DNA of 63,980 nucleotides, the filler included, from Dirinaria sp. TL-2023a (taxonomy: Eukaryota): the NCBI GenBank assembly GCA_051941275.1. It is 4 parts of 4 records of this genome, joined end to end, with 100 filler letters (N's around TTAATTAATTAA, not from the genome) between each part and the next. Parts side by side here need not be neighbours in the genome. Positions count along the whole stretch, not along the records: positions 32,199 to 48,164 come from JAVEBF010000515.1; positions 48,265 to 63,980 come from JAVEBF010000531.1; 2 more parts are not named here. One strand, 5' to 3'. The notes beneath the pieces are model-generated. The model was not told the origin of the DNA. It did not search any database and saw only the letters and a list, made by a program, of their open reading frames with translations. A program made the translations under genes and the position numbers. Of this stretch, positions 46,610 through 59,101 are shown piece after piece. Numbering within the stretch: position 1 is the first letter of the stretch; every line of letters begins with the position of its first letter.

Positions 46610-48164
46610 ATGGCTGCCTTGAACACCTTTCCGACCTTCTCCAGCGAGCTGATCTTCCCTTCCAACTCTCAGAAGCTGTCGATCGCTCTCAGTGGTTTAC
46701 GACGATCAAATCTTTCGATTCACAATCGCCTTCGTTCCATCATCCAGGACTCGGCATTTGCACAACATGTCGCTTCTGATATTGGTCTTCCCCTCATTGC
46801 AAACGAGCGTTGCGGCAGCTGGTACATCCCTCCTGACCTCAAAGCTGGAAGTGCATACTTCAAAAGCACGGATGGGCATATTGGGCAATGGTCATTCAGC
46901 CTTCGCCGACTGAACCTACATCTCCTCGATATCGTGGCGCAGCACGAGGGGTACGTAAGTACGCACTTGGTCTTAAAGCATTGAACGAGTGGCTAATGAT
47001 GGATCGCTAATACCAGATGCGTCATTGTCGACTCAACTAGGAGGGGTAAAAGTATGCCTGATGCTCTTTCGAAGACTGTGCCGATCTGGTGTGCGGTCAT
47101 CAATTCGCTGCTTTGGGGAAACGAAAGAGTATTCCTTCCACAAGACGTGGTAGCGCCGTCTGAGAGGGCACAAATACAGAAAAGAGTAGACGGCTGGGTC
47201 AAAGATGTAGAGGTGAGCTCGCTATCTTCAGAACAAAAAAACGGAGCTTATGACAGGAGGCGCTCGATCTAGACTTGGAAAATTTACGGAGCAAAATCAC
47301 CAAACCTCTCCGCCCCGTGTGGATAATACCAGACGATTCCGAACGTCAAGTATCCCCTTACACTGAAGCTCATTTCTCTGTGGTTTGCTGTACAGTCTCA
47401 CATCGCAATTGGGGCCCAGAAGCATCAGATAATGGCTACGTTCAAGGTGCAGCAGACGATAGCGAGAGTTGGGCTCTGGGCATAACTCCTGAGATGCTTT
47501 GGGCACATAAAGAGGCGCTTCTAAATGCCTCTGAAGATGATTTGCCGATGCTTGTCCAAGAGCTAAAATCCACGATATCTGCTCATTTCGAATGCAGAGT
47601 GACTCTTGTTCGACCTACGGAAACCATCTTCATTGGCACACTTGAAGCAATTGATTCAACTTCTTTCGATGGCATAATCATCTGCAGCGATCGTACTCAT
47701 ATCGAGGTATTGCCTCATTCAGAAGCTACAAAGTCAAACAAAACACTCGAACTCGCGTGCGGAAAAGGCAAGCTCGGTAGTCGAGCCCTCAGAAACCAGC
47801 TTCAGCATATCCCACCCTTCATAGAGGGACTATCATCCAAAGTCAAAACTCCGAAACTGCTCTTCGCCTGCCCCACTGGCAAAGATTTATCCGCTGGAGT
47901 CGCTCTAGCTGTGCTGTGCATGTACTTTGACAATGGCAGTGCGTAATCTTACCCCTCCACTCTTTTTCCTTTTCTATTTTGTCTTTTGAAGATAAAGTAT
48001 CTACCGTGAAAAAAGTGCAGCTGACACTCTACTCAACCAGATCTCTTTCAAAGAGACCTGCCCACAACCAGAACCACCCCAATAAACAAAGAGCTTATCC
48101 GTCGGCGATTGGCCTGGATCACTACCTCCGAAGCAAGCATCAATCCTTCACGAGCCACTCTGCA
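46610..48164 (+). CDS. RIT1: tRNA A64-2'-O-ribosylphosphate transferase (initiator tRNA phosphoribosyltransferase), 3' end cut by the contig end
   Basis: ANERCGSWY; YFKSTDGH; FSLRRLNLHL; IVDSTRRGKSMPDALSKTVPIWCAV; YVQGAADDSESWA; CPTGKDLS; NPSRATL at the gap. Confidence 0.93.
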
Positions 48165-48264
48165 NNNNNNNNNNNNNNNNNNNNNNNNNNNNNNNNNNNN
48201 NNNNNNNNTTAATTAATTAANNNNNNNNNNNNNNNNNNNNNNNNNNNNNNNNNNNNNNNNNNNN
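48165..48264. other. Artificial contig spacer (N44-TTAATTAATTAA-N44)
   Basis: Linker at 48209-48220. Confidence 0.97.
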
Positions 48265-48954
48265 TAAAAATTACTCATGAATCAACTGAAAGTACTTAAA
48301 CAGTTCTCACTAGTACTCAAGTCAATATCTTCTATTCCCCCCCCTCAACCCCTCAGAATTAAAAACCCGCAAAGATCTTCTTCTATCCTTTCAGCACTCG
48401 TTTCACAACTTAACGATATCTCGAATGAACAATAAATCCCTACATCGACACTTCGTGAACCCATGATTCTGACTGAAAACCCCCCCAAAACCAAAATCAA
48501 GCCAAGAAAAAAAAAAAAACAAAAAGTTCGCTGAGGTTCAAAACCCGCTGTAGGACACCAAACACAACCCCCAAATTTCCAAAACCAAAATTCAGAAAAT
48601 CAAAAAAAGATATACAGTCTAGGTCTAGCTAGATACACCTGCACCGAGACATTCACATGAACAAATAGAAATAAATAAATAAAAAGAAAAGTGATCCCTC
48701 ACCCATCAGAACTAAGCACACCCTACGTGAGAGGCTGAGACCCTATGCATACTTGCCTTACCTATCGAATAGATGGAAACGAAGTAGTTCTCATCACCAT
48801 TCCATTAGGCTCGTTCAACGGTGTCAAGATCAAATATCCGAGATTGTTTTTCCAGCTCTATGTAGAGAAGTTCGGAGTCACATCTCTAAAAACTTTTCTC
48901 CCGCGAATGCTGAGTACAAAACTCGGAATTTACAACCACTACTTCCTCTCTACA

Positions 48955-50900
48955 TCACATATCCTTCCTCCGCGCAGCCATCTCCTCCCTCATCTCCTTC
49001 TTAATGCGACTAATAGTCCCGACGCCGCCGTACACAAGCGCGGTATACACCATCGCGACACTAGCACCCGCCTCCAGCACCTCGAGCGCCTGTTTCCCGT
49101 TCGTGATGCCGCCGGTGGCGAAGATGATTTTCTTACTCTGCACCGTATCATTGCTCCCAGAGGGAGAAGGTGATGTAGTGGGTGTGGTGTGAGTAGAAGG
49201 GGAGGGAAGTTGATTGATATGCGAGGAAGAAGATAGGGCGGGGGGACGATCGGGTGTTGTGGCGGGATGGATTAGAGATGTGGAGCTGCGCTCCGGGAGA
49301 CGGATGAGGGGTTGGGATCTTGGTGGTTCGGGGGCTGGGGGTTTGAGGTTCGCGCGGTCGCGCTCGGTGGTGGCTTGAATTTGGGAGGCGACGTCGGAGG
49401 GAGGAGGCGTGTTTGATGCTGCCGTAAAATCCTCGTTTTCATCTAATACCCTCCGATACCGCTTCACGAGCGCGACAGTCCGTTCAAACAGCTGCGGCCC
49501 CGAATAGCCCCCTTGTTCCAGCATCAGCGCCGCCTCGCGCTCCGGCAAGCTAGAGCCCGTAGGCAGGGGCTCTGGTCGGCGTTTTGTAGTATTACCTACT
49601 ATGACGCCCGCGCAGCCGGAAGCTCTGATCGCGTCGCAGATGCCAGTGATTTGCGACTCGCTGTCCTCGTCCGGAGATACTTTGACCATGACCGGGGGCG
49701 GAACCTTGCGATGGGTTTTTTGCGCGGCGGAAACGACGCCCGTGAGGATGTTGGTGAGTTTGTCGACTTGTTGCAGGCTTCGAAGGCCGGGCGTATTGGG
49801 GCTCGAGACTGAGCAGGTTGTAAGTAGCTCAGGAGAATAGGCGCAAAGGGTGAATTACCATTGACGACTAGAATATCGGCGTATCTTGCCAGCGCTTCTA
49901 CGCAGTACACATAATCCTGTTTCACGGCGTCCAAATCCTCATCGGGGGTGAATTTGTTCTTGGCAACTTGCACCGCCATCAATTTCCCGTTCGTCAGACT
50001 CCCTGGCGGCACGCCTGCCTCGCCATCAAACACCCTTTGTTCCGCTTCCTCGTCAATTCCGAAGCCATTTGCGAAGCAGAACTCTCGCAGTCGTTGACGC
50101 AGGCGCATAGCCACGTTATCCGCGCCTTCGGAGTTCAGGCCGTACCGGTTGATGAGTGCTTTTTGCGATGGTAGGCGGAAGACGCGCGGTTTGGGATTGC
50201 CATCCTGAGGGTAGGGAGTCGCTCCGCCAATCTCGATGATCGAGGGGCCCAAGGCCAGCAGAGGGTCCGGGATCTCGGCGTGCTTGTCTATGCCTGCCGA
50301 CGTACCGATTGGGTTTTGGAGGGTGTGGCCGAAGACCTAGCGTTTTTCAGCCTCTGGCGTTGGTATAGCAATTATGAGGCTCCACTTCGACTTCCAAATC
50401 CCCCGCTCTGTCTGGATTATCGCGTTCCCTCGGATGGAGACCGAATTGATAGAGCATTTTCAGTGAATGATTGCCTGCCTCGTGGGCATCTTCGGCATCG
50501 GGGTATATCCACCTCAATGTAGGGATCGTCAGCCATTGATGGACTCCTAAGGAGGCAAAAGTCAGCTGAAGGCCTAAATATCAACACTGATGCAGAGTGC
50601 AGACTTGCCCGCTCTGGTATCTGTAGTATAGAGGTAGCCAAATACCAGCACCAGTCCAAGAGTAGTCCCGAGCAATAGACTCCGCGGGCGAGTAGCGGAA
50701 AGGCCAGCAATCGCTGCTGTCCTACTTGTCGAAGCATACCGAATGCCTCTTACATTGTGCGTGAAGTGTATGGGGTTTCCGTCGGGCTTCCGATATGGTA
50801 TTCGTAGTCTATGGACACATCTCGAGTGTTTCACTCCGGCAAATTGACATTGGGAATAGAAAGCTTCTGTGGTTAGTCCAATTGGCTTCTTGGAAGCCAT
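48955..50900 (-). CDS. URA9: Mitochondrial dihydroorotate dehydrogenase (class 2, quinone-dependent), multi-exon
   Basis: PDAEDAH; NPIGTSAGIDKH; PQDGNPKPRVFRL; INRYGLNSEG; VSSPNTPGLR; VKVSPD; GNTT; GGYSG; ATGGI; MVYTALVYGG. First intron is GC-AG (50547-50608). Confidence 0.95.
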
Positions 50901-51118
50901 TCTAATCCGCAGAATTGGCAATATTCGTCGCAAACCTGAGGAATAGTAGGTGGTCCGCTAGCGGAGAACTGCCCGATTCGTTTAGCGACGCCGCGACGCT
51001 AAACCTGTTCCTAGCACTCATCCATCTTTTATCGTCCTTCACCTCCAGTCAAGAAGAAGGATTTCAGGCAGGGTCAAACTCCTCGCATTGGCATTCTTCC
51101 ATCCAACTGTGATTCACG

Positions 51119-51599
51119 ATGGACTATCTACCCCAATCACCAGGCCTCCTTCCGACCTGGCTTCTCATTGTACAACTTTCCCTACCTCTTCCGAGCTTTC
51201 ACTAACCCCGTGCTGTAAAAGGTCTCCATCATCTCCTCGGGAAACTCAATCCAAGCATACCTCACGCTGCAATTCACCGAACGCGTCTACAGTCCCGGTG
51301 CCGTGAGCCCGCTTTCCTCACGCACCTTCGGCACCTGGAGTTTCGTCTCCTCCCTCGTCCGCTTCTACGCCGCGTACAACATCAGCCACCCGGCGATATA
51401 CCAATTGACGCTGTGGACGTATGTGGTTGGTATCGCGCATTTTCTCAGCGAGTGGCTCTATTTCGGGTCTGCGAAGATGGGAAAAGGATTGGCAAGTCCG
51501 TTGCTCGTGGCGGGTGGTAGTCTGGTGTGGATGTTGGTGCAGTGGGAGTTTTATATGAACAATGGTTGGGAGATGACGGAATGGGAGAAGATTTCATAG
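51119..51599 (+). CDS. ERG28: Ergosterol biosynthesis scaffold protein Erg28, 2 exons
   Basis: GLLPTWLLI|VSIISSGNSIQAY...SPLSSRTFGTW...RFYAAYNI...HFLSEWLYF; intron 51170-51221. Confidence 0.92.
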
Positions 51600-52299
51600 C
51601 CTTGCGAGTAGGATAGGGGAGCTGTACATATGCATCGACTAATCATTGCAGCGGCTCGAAGTCTGTATGTATATTGAGCGTGCTGGGAAATTTCGACACC
51701 ATGTTTGTGTCCAAGTAGATGAAGTCGAATAAATTGCTTATCCGGCCATCTCTCAAACGGTATGAGTATGCTGGAATGGGTTACGAGCTCGAATCCGGTG
51801 GATAATTCATTCCACAACAGACGGTTACAGAGTTCCTTGATACATAACACGGGTTCGGGACGTCCGTTCTTGTCCGTAGAGACATCAATTGAAGATTTTT
51901 CAGACGATGCGTTCAGAAAAAGACGCACCAGTTCTCTACCCGACACTGCTACCAAGGGATAGTCATGTTCTCTCCTGAAATGTGACTAGGGGCCGCCGGT
52001 CAAGAATCGCTTTGAAAGCTTGCCAAAAATAGACAATTGGACAATGCATCGGGTAAAATCGAACTGCAGACAAATTGAAATACAGGGCGATCCACTGGTA
52101 CATGCTCGAAGGTGGAACTAGGTAGGCGATAAGCACTCGACCCAAAGTAACCAAAGCCAGACACATTTGCGAGCCGCGCCTGCCGCAATTGCCGAATCGA
52201 GCTGAGAATTACAACAGGGGTGTATTTTTGAGCACTGATAGACTGTCAATCGCATTCGGTAGCTGCCTCTACCTCTACTCAACCTGTATCGTAGTGATT

Positions 52300-53169
52300 A
52301 TGATGCGGACAGCTCCGCGACTGCTCGCCGCCGTCAAACCCGGTCAGTACCTGACACCAGGCAATCCAACCGGCCTCTGTGGGCTCTTCACTCATCCTTC
52401 TCCCCGCTCCACCTTGATCGCGACCTACTCAGCAACCCTCTCGAAACTACGCTCTTTCCCCGACCACTCCGTCTACCGCCAAAGCGTCGAAGCAATTACC
52501 CGGCACCGCCTTTCAGTAATTGAATCGGTAAAACCCGATGGCTACGATGAATGGGCCGCTCGCGCTTCCGAGAAGATCAAGCAAAACCCAGGACTCTTCA
52601 AGCAGTTGCTGGCTGGGGATGTAGCGGAAAATGCACGGCCTGAGGAGGTCCAGGGGAGGATGAGTATAGACACGAGAACTGAGGAAGAGAAGGACGATAG
52701 GGAGGTGGAGTGGGATGGGGAGCCGTTGAGCGTGACCCCCGAGGGCCCAAGAAGCGAGGAGGAGAGGGCATATCAGGGGAATATGGACGATGATACGATT
52801 GTAACAAAGGAGGCGGCGGATTGGGAGGCGGAGCCCGCGTTGGAGGCTAGGCAGTGAGTGGCGAACATGTGGAAGCGGGTGCAGAGCAGAGCGCTAACAG
52901 GAGCCAGGATCATAGACGTCGAGAATCAGATCGGAGCGGGCTTGGTTGAGGAGGTTATACAAGTCGCTGAAGGGGAGCTCCAACTGGTCAATATCATGGC
53001 AGAGAACAAAGTGTAAGTCCATTGATCTAACGTCTTCCAGACTGCGCAGCTGAACATTCCTAGGTGGGAAGAGCTTGAGCAGAAAGCACCGGCTGGACAG
53101 TGGGCGTATTTCGCGCGCGATCAGCATACGTTGCCTACGCAAGAGCCTCCTGTAGACAAAAAGTATTGA
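52300..53169 (+). CDS. NDUFA5: NADH:ubiquinone oxidoreductase 29.9-kDa accessory subunit (NDUFA5/NUFM), 3 exons
   Basis: PTGLCGLFTHPSPR...FPDHSVYRQSVEAITRHRL; VENQIGAGLVEEVIQVAEGEL; WEELEQKAPAGQWAYF. Confidence 0.9.
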
Positions 53170-55653
53170 ACGAGTCAACGTTATACGGTCGTGCGATACT
53201 CGAAGTGATTGTAATGACGTCGATGCCCTTCCTCCAAGGTGGGCACCACCAAGGCCAGGCAAATTTCTTCCGCTCAGGGAAAGCAAAAAAGGGGAAGCGT
53301 GGAGGCGCAGGGGAATATTTTTGGCTAATCAATCCTCGGAGACGTCCCATTGTGGAATAGAAGATCCTGCAACGCCAGATTGAGCACCTGCAACGCTCTA
53401 TATCTTCCTCTTCCGTCCGTGAGTGCGAAGATGGTCAAGCGTTTGCAGATCACAGCGCCACCTCCAAGACCACAGTATTGTTGATAATCTCAGGCCGTCT
53501 TTGTGGGATTCGTAAATCGTAATCCCTCTGAAAGAGTCTGTTCACAGTTTCCAACACCCATTTGTGCATGTGCAAGCGTCGTGTCGTGGTTGGATCCAAG
53601 GCGGAGTAGCACGTTTCTCGATATTAATAGCTGTGACGCTTTGTCACCATATAATTTACTCAGTAAATTTACGTTCTTGTGACACTTTTTAGCGTCGAAT
53701 CAGGCTGAATCTGAAGCTGATCAGGAAATTGGAAGCGGTCGACCAATCTTCGAGTGAGTAGTACCTCAGTTGAGCCGCTCTCCATTCCTGGCTATGCTCG
53801 AGTTATACACAATTGTCCGGAAGAAACGCTGAAATCCTTCCGCCGAGGCCTGCTAGCCTTCTACGGAGAGCCGCTCGCTGGTTCTGGGTGGCGCGATCAT
53901 TGTTATACGACCAAGGATTCTAGTGCCCCCCTCACCGACATCTGACGTTGTCTTTTGAACATGCTATAGGTTTGCCTTTTATCTGGATTGCCTGTGGCTT
54001 CACCAGTGTGTGACATCACCTCCGTGTTCTTATGCCGTGAGCCTTCATCATCCTGATATCTGTCTGTCAGGCTGATGTTCTCGCCATGCCGATCACCTGG
54101 GACTAATTGCGTTCAGTCCAGGTTTAAAACCAATGGATGGAAGACCGTCCGTGGTGGCTGCCCGGCAATTCTATTATGCCTTCGGAAGCTTGTCCCAGCT
54201 CCCCGGCCATGCGACTAATGCCAGGTCAGGAACCCCGTACAGGGGGTCTCCCGGGCTGCAAGACATCATCTGGCGGCGGTGATTCGCCCGCTAGCCAGCC
54301 GCGATTCCTGCAAGGCTTCTAGAACCGGGTTAAGGTGAAGGGCGTGGGCAGGAACGGCCGAGGCCACAGGACCGACACAATTTCACCAGATGGTCAGGGA
54401 AGGGGTTTGTGTTAGCCTGTTAGTCGGGAAAGGGGACTAGAGATATGCAAGTAATGCAGAGTCACACTATGATGTCGTAACAAAAAGGAGCATCCCGTTC
54501 TTTTTTCGGAGATATCCCGCTGCCCAGTGAGAAGCGAGAAGACGGAGAAGCAGGTTAAATAATAACCATGATAATAAAAGCTTCCCGCCGCCAAAAGCTT
54601 ACCTTGGAATAATGTGTACAGTACAGTATTTCGCCACGTTCTGACTGATGACTGATGGGGGGTTACACTACCGTACTCCAAACCTTCACGCTACAGTACG
54701 AGTACCTGAATACACCACTACCACTACCTTACTATGATTACTTGCACTTGCATTATTATTCAATCGTATACATTACTCTTGCGGGATTAATTAATAATCC
54801 AAATTCCCATCTCCGGGCAGATTGGCCGAGGAGGCCAGGATGTGATCGCATTATTTTCCAGTTCGATACCTGCCTGTAGGTCAAGTGGCGGTTCTTGGCG
54901 CTTCTTCCCGCACGAGTACATCGCATCACATTGCATCACATGCAGTTTGGCCGAAGATTGGCCATGAACACTCGAGGCACTTTTTAGGTACCCAGTCAGA
55001 CGGAGTAAGCAGCTTTTTTTTTTTTTTTTTCTTCACCTACCTTACCTTACCTGACTGACTTACCTTACGCACCTTAACCTGGTTTTCTCCATCCCTTCCC
55101 TTTTTACTCCGACCCAACCTTACTTCCTCCAACCTATTTTCTCTTCCCTCCCCCTTTTTTTTGTTTTTCTCTTTTCCTGTTCCAATTCGTTTGCGACGAC
55201 TGCACGATCGAAGGGATTGCTGGACCAACGTCTGTCACTACTTTACTTTGACTGTTCAGCAAACTTGAGGCTGCCCAAGTACAGTACCTTGACAAGTACG
55301 AGACGTTGAACGGCTGGCGAGTAACGAGTAAACGGGGCGCACAACGTGGGAGGTCGTCGGGTCGATTAGTCTCCAAACGCCTTCGCGCTCTCCCAGTGGT
55401 CAATTTCCCCCTTCGGAACCCCACTCGCGGCATCACGAAATTCCAACACCGCCCATTTTTCCTGTTTCAGCCCGGCCGTGATCCACACACACTTACTTAG
55501 GCAGATCCACCTGGGCTTAACCCAATAACCCCGTTGTTTTAGTCGGACCGCGCCTTTTTTATCCATCTGATCTTCGCAGAGCCGCATCCCACCGGCACCT
55601 TGCAGACTTGGCATTTACTTACCGTACAGTATCCTTCACCTTTACTACAGCTG

Positions 55654-55745
55654 ACTACACTACACCACACACTACACCACACCACACTACTCTCCTCTCC
55701 ACTACCTTACTCTCCACATTGACTTACACCCTCCACTACTTACCT
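55654..55745. repeat. Low-complexity CTACAC/CCACA repeat in the long upstream region of the C2H2 gene
   Basis: actacactacaccacacactacaccacaccacactac...; pyrimidine/AC-rich leader. Confidence 0.6.
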
Positions 55746-56097
55746 TATCCTCGACGTTAGCCTGTCGTCAAAACATCCTCCTCATCCACCTTTTCATCCC
55801 GGTCGCGTCGCGGCGCTGGTAGTCGCTCAGCCATATCCCCGTCGCCGATGTCATCCATCACTAGTCCCGAACTGAAAGCTACACTATCTTAGCTGCCTGC
55901 CTGCTATAGAACAGGCTGACTATAGCGTTTTCATCCGGTAGATATCAGTCCGACTATGAGAGCCATTCCGATAGAGACTTGAAGAGTGTCAATTGTTCAA
56001 TCGCATGGGGATCGCAGATCAAGACAAGCCATAGCGGCCCGATCCCCTCTTAGATTTCCTTTGCATATAGATTTCCGATTCAAGATTTCGATTCACG

Positions 56098-57680
56098 ATG
56101 GATTCACATTACCATTATGGTCCCGTCTATGCACCCACACAGCCACCCGAACACCGTCACACCTCAACACCTACTTCACTCGCCTACTCGGCTGGCTCCA
56201 ATTCCTCAGCCTACGCATCAACATTACCGCCGATATCTCACAGTTACTCCCTACCTTATCCTGGCGACCAATCCGTACCGACCTCGCAATCTTCCTACGC
56301 CTCGAATGCCGTCTCCAGCAGTAACTCCGTGCCCTACTCCGCCTACGCTTCCCAATACTCCAGTCAATACAACACCGCCAACACCTACTCGCATACTCCT
56401 CGATCCTTCCCCTTGACTCAAGGGTACCATCCATTGGCAAGCAATGGCACGACATCCCCTGCATACTCCTCAGCCAATGCATATTCCAGCAGGCTCGCGG
56501 ACATTAGGCCGATGCCCGCTGAGAGATCTTCGGTATCCTCGTTGCCGAGACTGTCAGGCCAACGCTCGAATCAGCGCTCTGCGCCGGAGGACGAGCCCAC
56601 CCATGTTGTTGGCTCACAGGGTCGTCGGGGCATACTGCCAAGCGCCAGCGGCCGCCCTGTTGCAGTCGCAGACCCTAATGAGTCGAAAGGACCGAATGCG
56701 GGCCTGAAAAAAGATCCGAGTGACGGGAAGTGGCCATGTGAACATTGCAATAAGAGATATCTCCACGCCAAGCACCTCAAAAGGCATCTCTTGCGACGTA
56801 AGTTGGCCTCGGTATTTTTATCTCAAATTTCAGCTGACCATGTCCAGATACGGGCACAAGACCTTATTCTTGTGGATTATGTAAGGAAACCTTTTCGCGA
56901 AGCGATATACTGAAGCGACATTTCATGAAATGCTCGATTCGTCGAGGAAATCCGACAGGCGCAAATCATCTAACTCACTCCCGAGCGACTCGAAAGATGA
57001 AGTTGGAGCAGAGCCAAGAGGATCCTTTAAATTCGGCGACTTCTTCCGCATTCACGACAACCTCTTCGCATTCAGCCGATTTCTCCTTTACCGGCCTCAG
57101 CACATTGTCGACCTTGAGCGATCCCGATCTACGCAATTCTAGTTACAGTCGTCAACCCGCATCCAATCAAATGTCGCGTGCGAGCAGTGTCAAGAGAACG
57201 ACGCAGGGTACGGTCAGTAGCAAGGGCAATCACAGTGCGCCCAATTCAGCGAGTCTCGACGGATCAGGCTTTTATTCCGGTGGTCAGGCAACGCCCGACT
57301 CTCTGACGACAAGTGGTGCAGCGACACCTTTCAATTACCCAAACGACCCCAGATCAAATCAGCTCTCGCCGAATACGACGATACATTCGTCCATGAACGG
57401 CCTTTCGTTAGACTTGAACAGCATCAGCAGGAGCTTGGCTAACCCCAGCTACTCAAGTGGGCCATTGCCGCACATTGTAGAAGCCTCGCATGATCGATCA
57501 GGAGTATTCGATTGGTCGTCATTACAGCATTTGGACGGTAACGAAGAATACACGACTTCGCAATACCACAGCAACGCCGGAGGCCATCATCAACATATTA
57601 AACCGGAACCCGGGAACTACAACACTGGAGCGTTCAACCTACCTCAAAAGTACGCTTCGTATCAGACCGCGAAGCAATAA
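56098..57680 (+). CDS. dvrA: C2H2 zinc-finger transcription factor, DvrA/RfeC (Bcr1-like), 2 exons
   Basis: PTHVVGSQGRRGILPS; KWPCEHCNKRYLHAKHLKRHLLRH-TGTRPYSCGLCKETFSRSDILKRHFMKCSIRRGNPTG; intron 56798-56847. Symbol assigned from recalled finger sequences. Confidence 0.75.
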
Positions 57681-59101
57681 CAATATTCGCAAATCTCCGC
57701 AAACCTCCGTTGCGCCGCGGAGCGCAGGAGATGCACATACTAGAAACACTGGCCTTCAAAGGCCCCTCTCTTCCAAAAAGTTCGACATCTGAAGTTTTAC
57801 GGTAGATGAGACCACAGCATCATGGCAATCCGGGCGAGGCCTGGTCAAAGTTGCATATAGACGAACGGAAATGCATTGGGCGGTTAGCGCTGGAAGGAAG
57901 GAATGGCGGGGGAAACTCTGTTCATCTGGCACGTGACGCATCATCGGGGGAAATGGCCTGCCATTATGCAGGCGTGTGCGATAGGGAGGAGCAAGGGCAA
58001 ATAGACGATAGCTCCGGAGCTCATTTGGCATTGCATCGCTGGTCCGGAAGAAGCTCGCACAGTAGTCCGGGTGCGGACTGAAATAATAATGGCTCTGCTT
58101 CCCAATTCTCACAGCGCTTTCGTCTCGCCTTGCTTGACCTCTGACTACCTACCTACCTATCCGCTCAGTCTGGGCTACGTTTTACACGTACTCCCCTGAA
58201 GAGGATGCGTTGATCTCAGACTGCAGTCCCCGTTGGCATCCATCAAACGCCAAGATTCAGGCTTTCGATGCCAAGACACAGTAAGATTCGAGGAAACGCG
58301 ACATGGCGAATCCCCAGAGTGTACATGTATGCAGCGTGTATTGCTTCGCCTTAACTTGCGGTTCCGCATTTGCACTCTGTCGGTTTGCAAGGTTCAAGGT
58401 TTGTGCCTCCTCTCGATTGCGGAGAAAGCGATATTTATGCTGGAAAATAGTGCATTTCCACGAGTAGAAGTATTCAGAGCTACATAGCTGCAGTCCGGCA
58501 ATGCTAACAATAGGATTTCCATCTCGCAAACAGCAATGATTGGAAGGATGAATTTCGGGTCCTTTCGGTGGGTGAGAGACGGTCTCGAACCGAAGAGGAT
58601 CGCCGTTCGTTCCAACCAACCAACCAACCCACCCGAACGGCGAACCATTCGCTAGCCTCGCGCTTCTACCATCCCACTTCGTATCTTGGTACTTCTCGTA
58701 TTGCAGAATCTCACCCCGCATGATCAGCCTCTCGCTCGCTCATCAACATGATTCGACCGTGGTCTTCCGCCGCTTGTTCTCGAAGCTTACAGACCAGCTG
58801 CATGATTCCGCCTCGTGGCCCGCGTGCACACGATCTCATGGCCATCTGCCTCTACAAAAACACACGCCTTTGCTCCTCTTTCAGGATGCCTGATCGAGCA
58901 CGGTCCACTTGGAGTTCTCACAGCTTCGTTCGTTACGCTGGGGGGACCATTCAAGGCTCGGACTTGCTGGCAATCTTACATACTAATGTCCATTTGAAGG
59001 CACATAATATTCGGTGCCTATACGTGCCGCTCGTTCTCTACTCTTAATATCCTGAGATCTGATTTGGAGCTTTAATTTCTAATCGTCTGAATATCTCCGT
59101 C

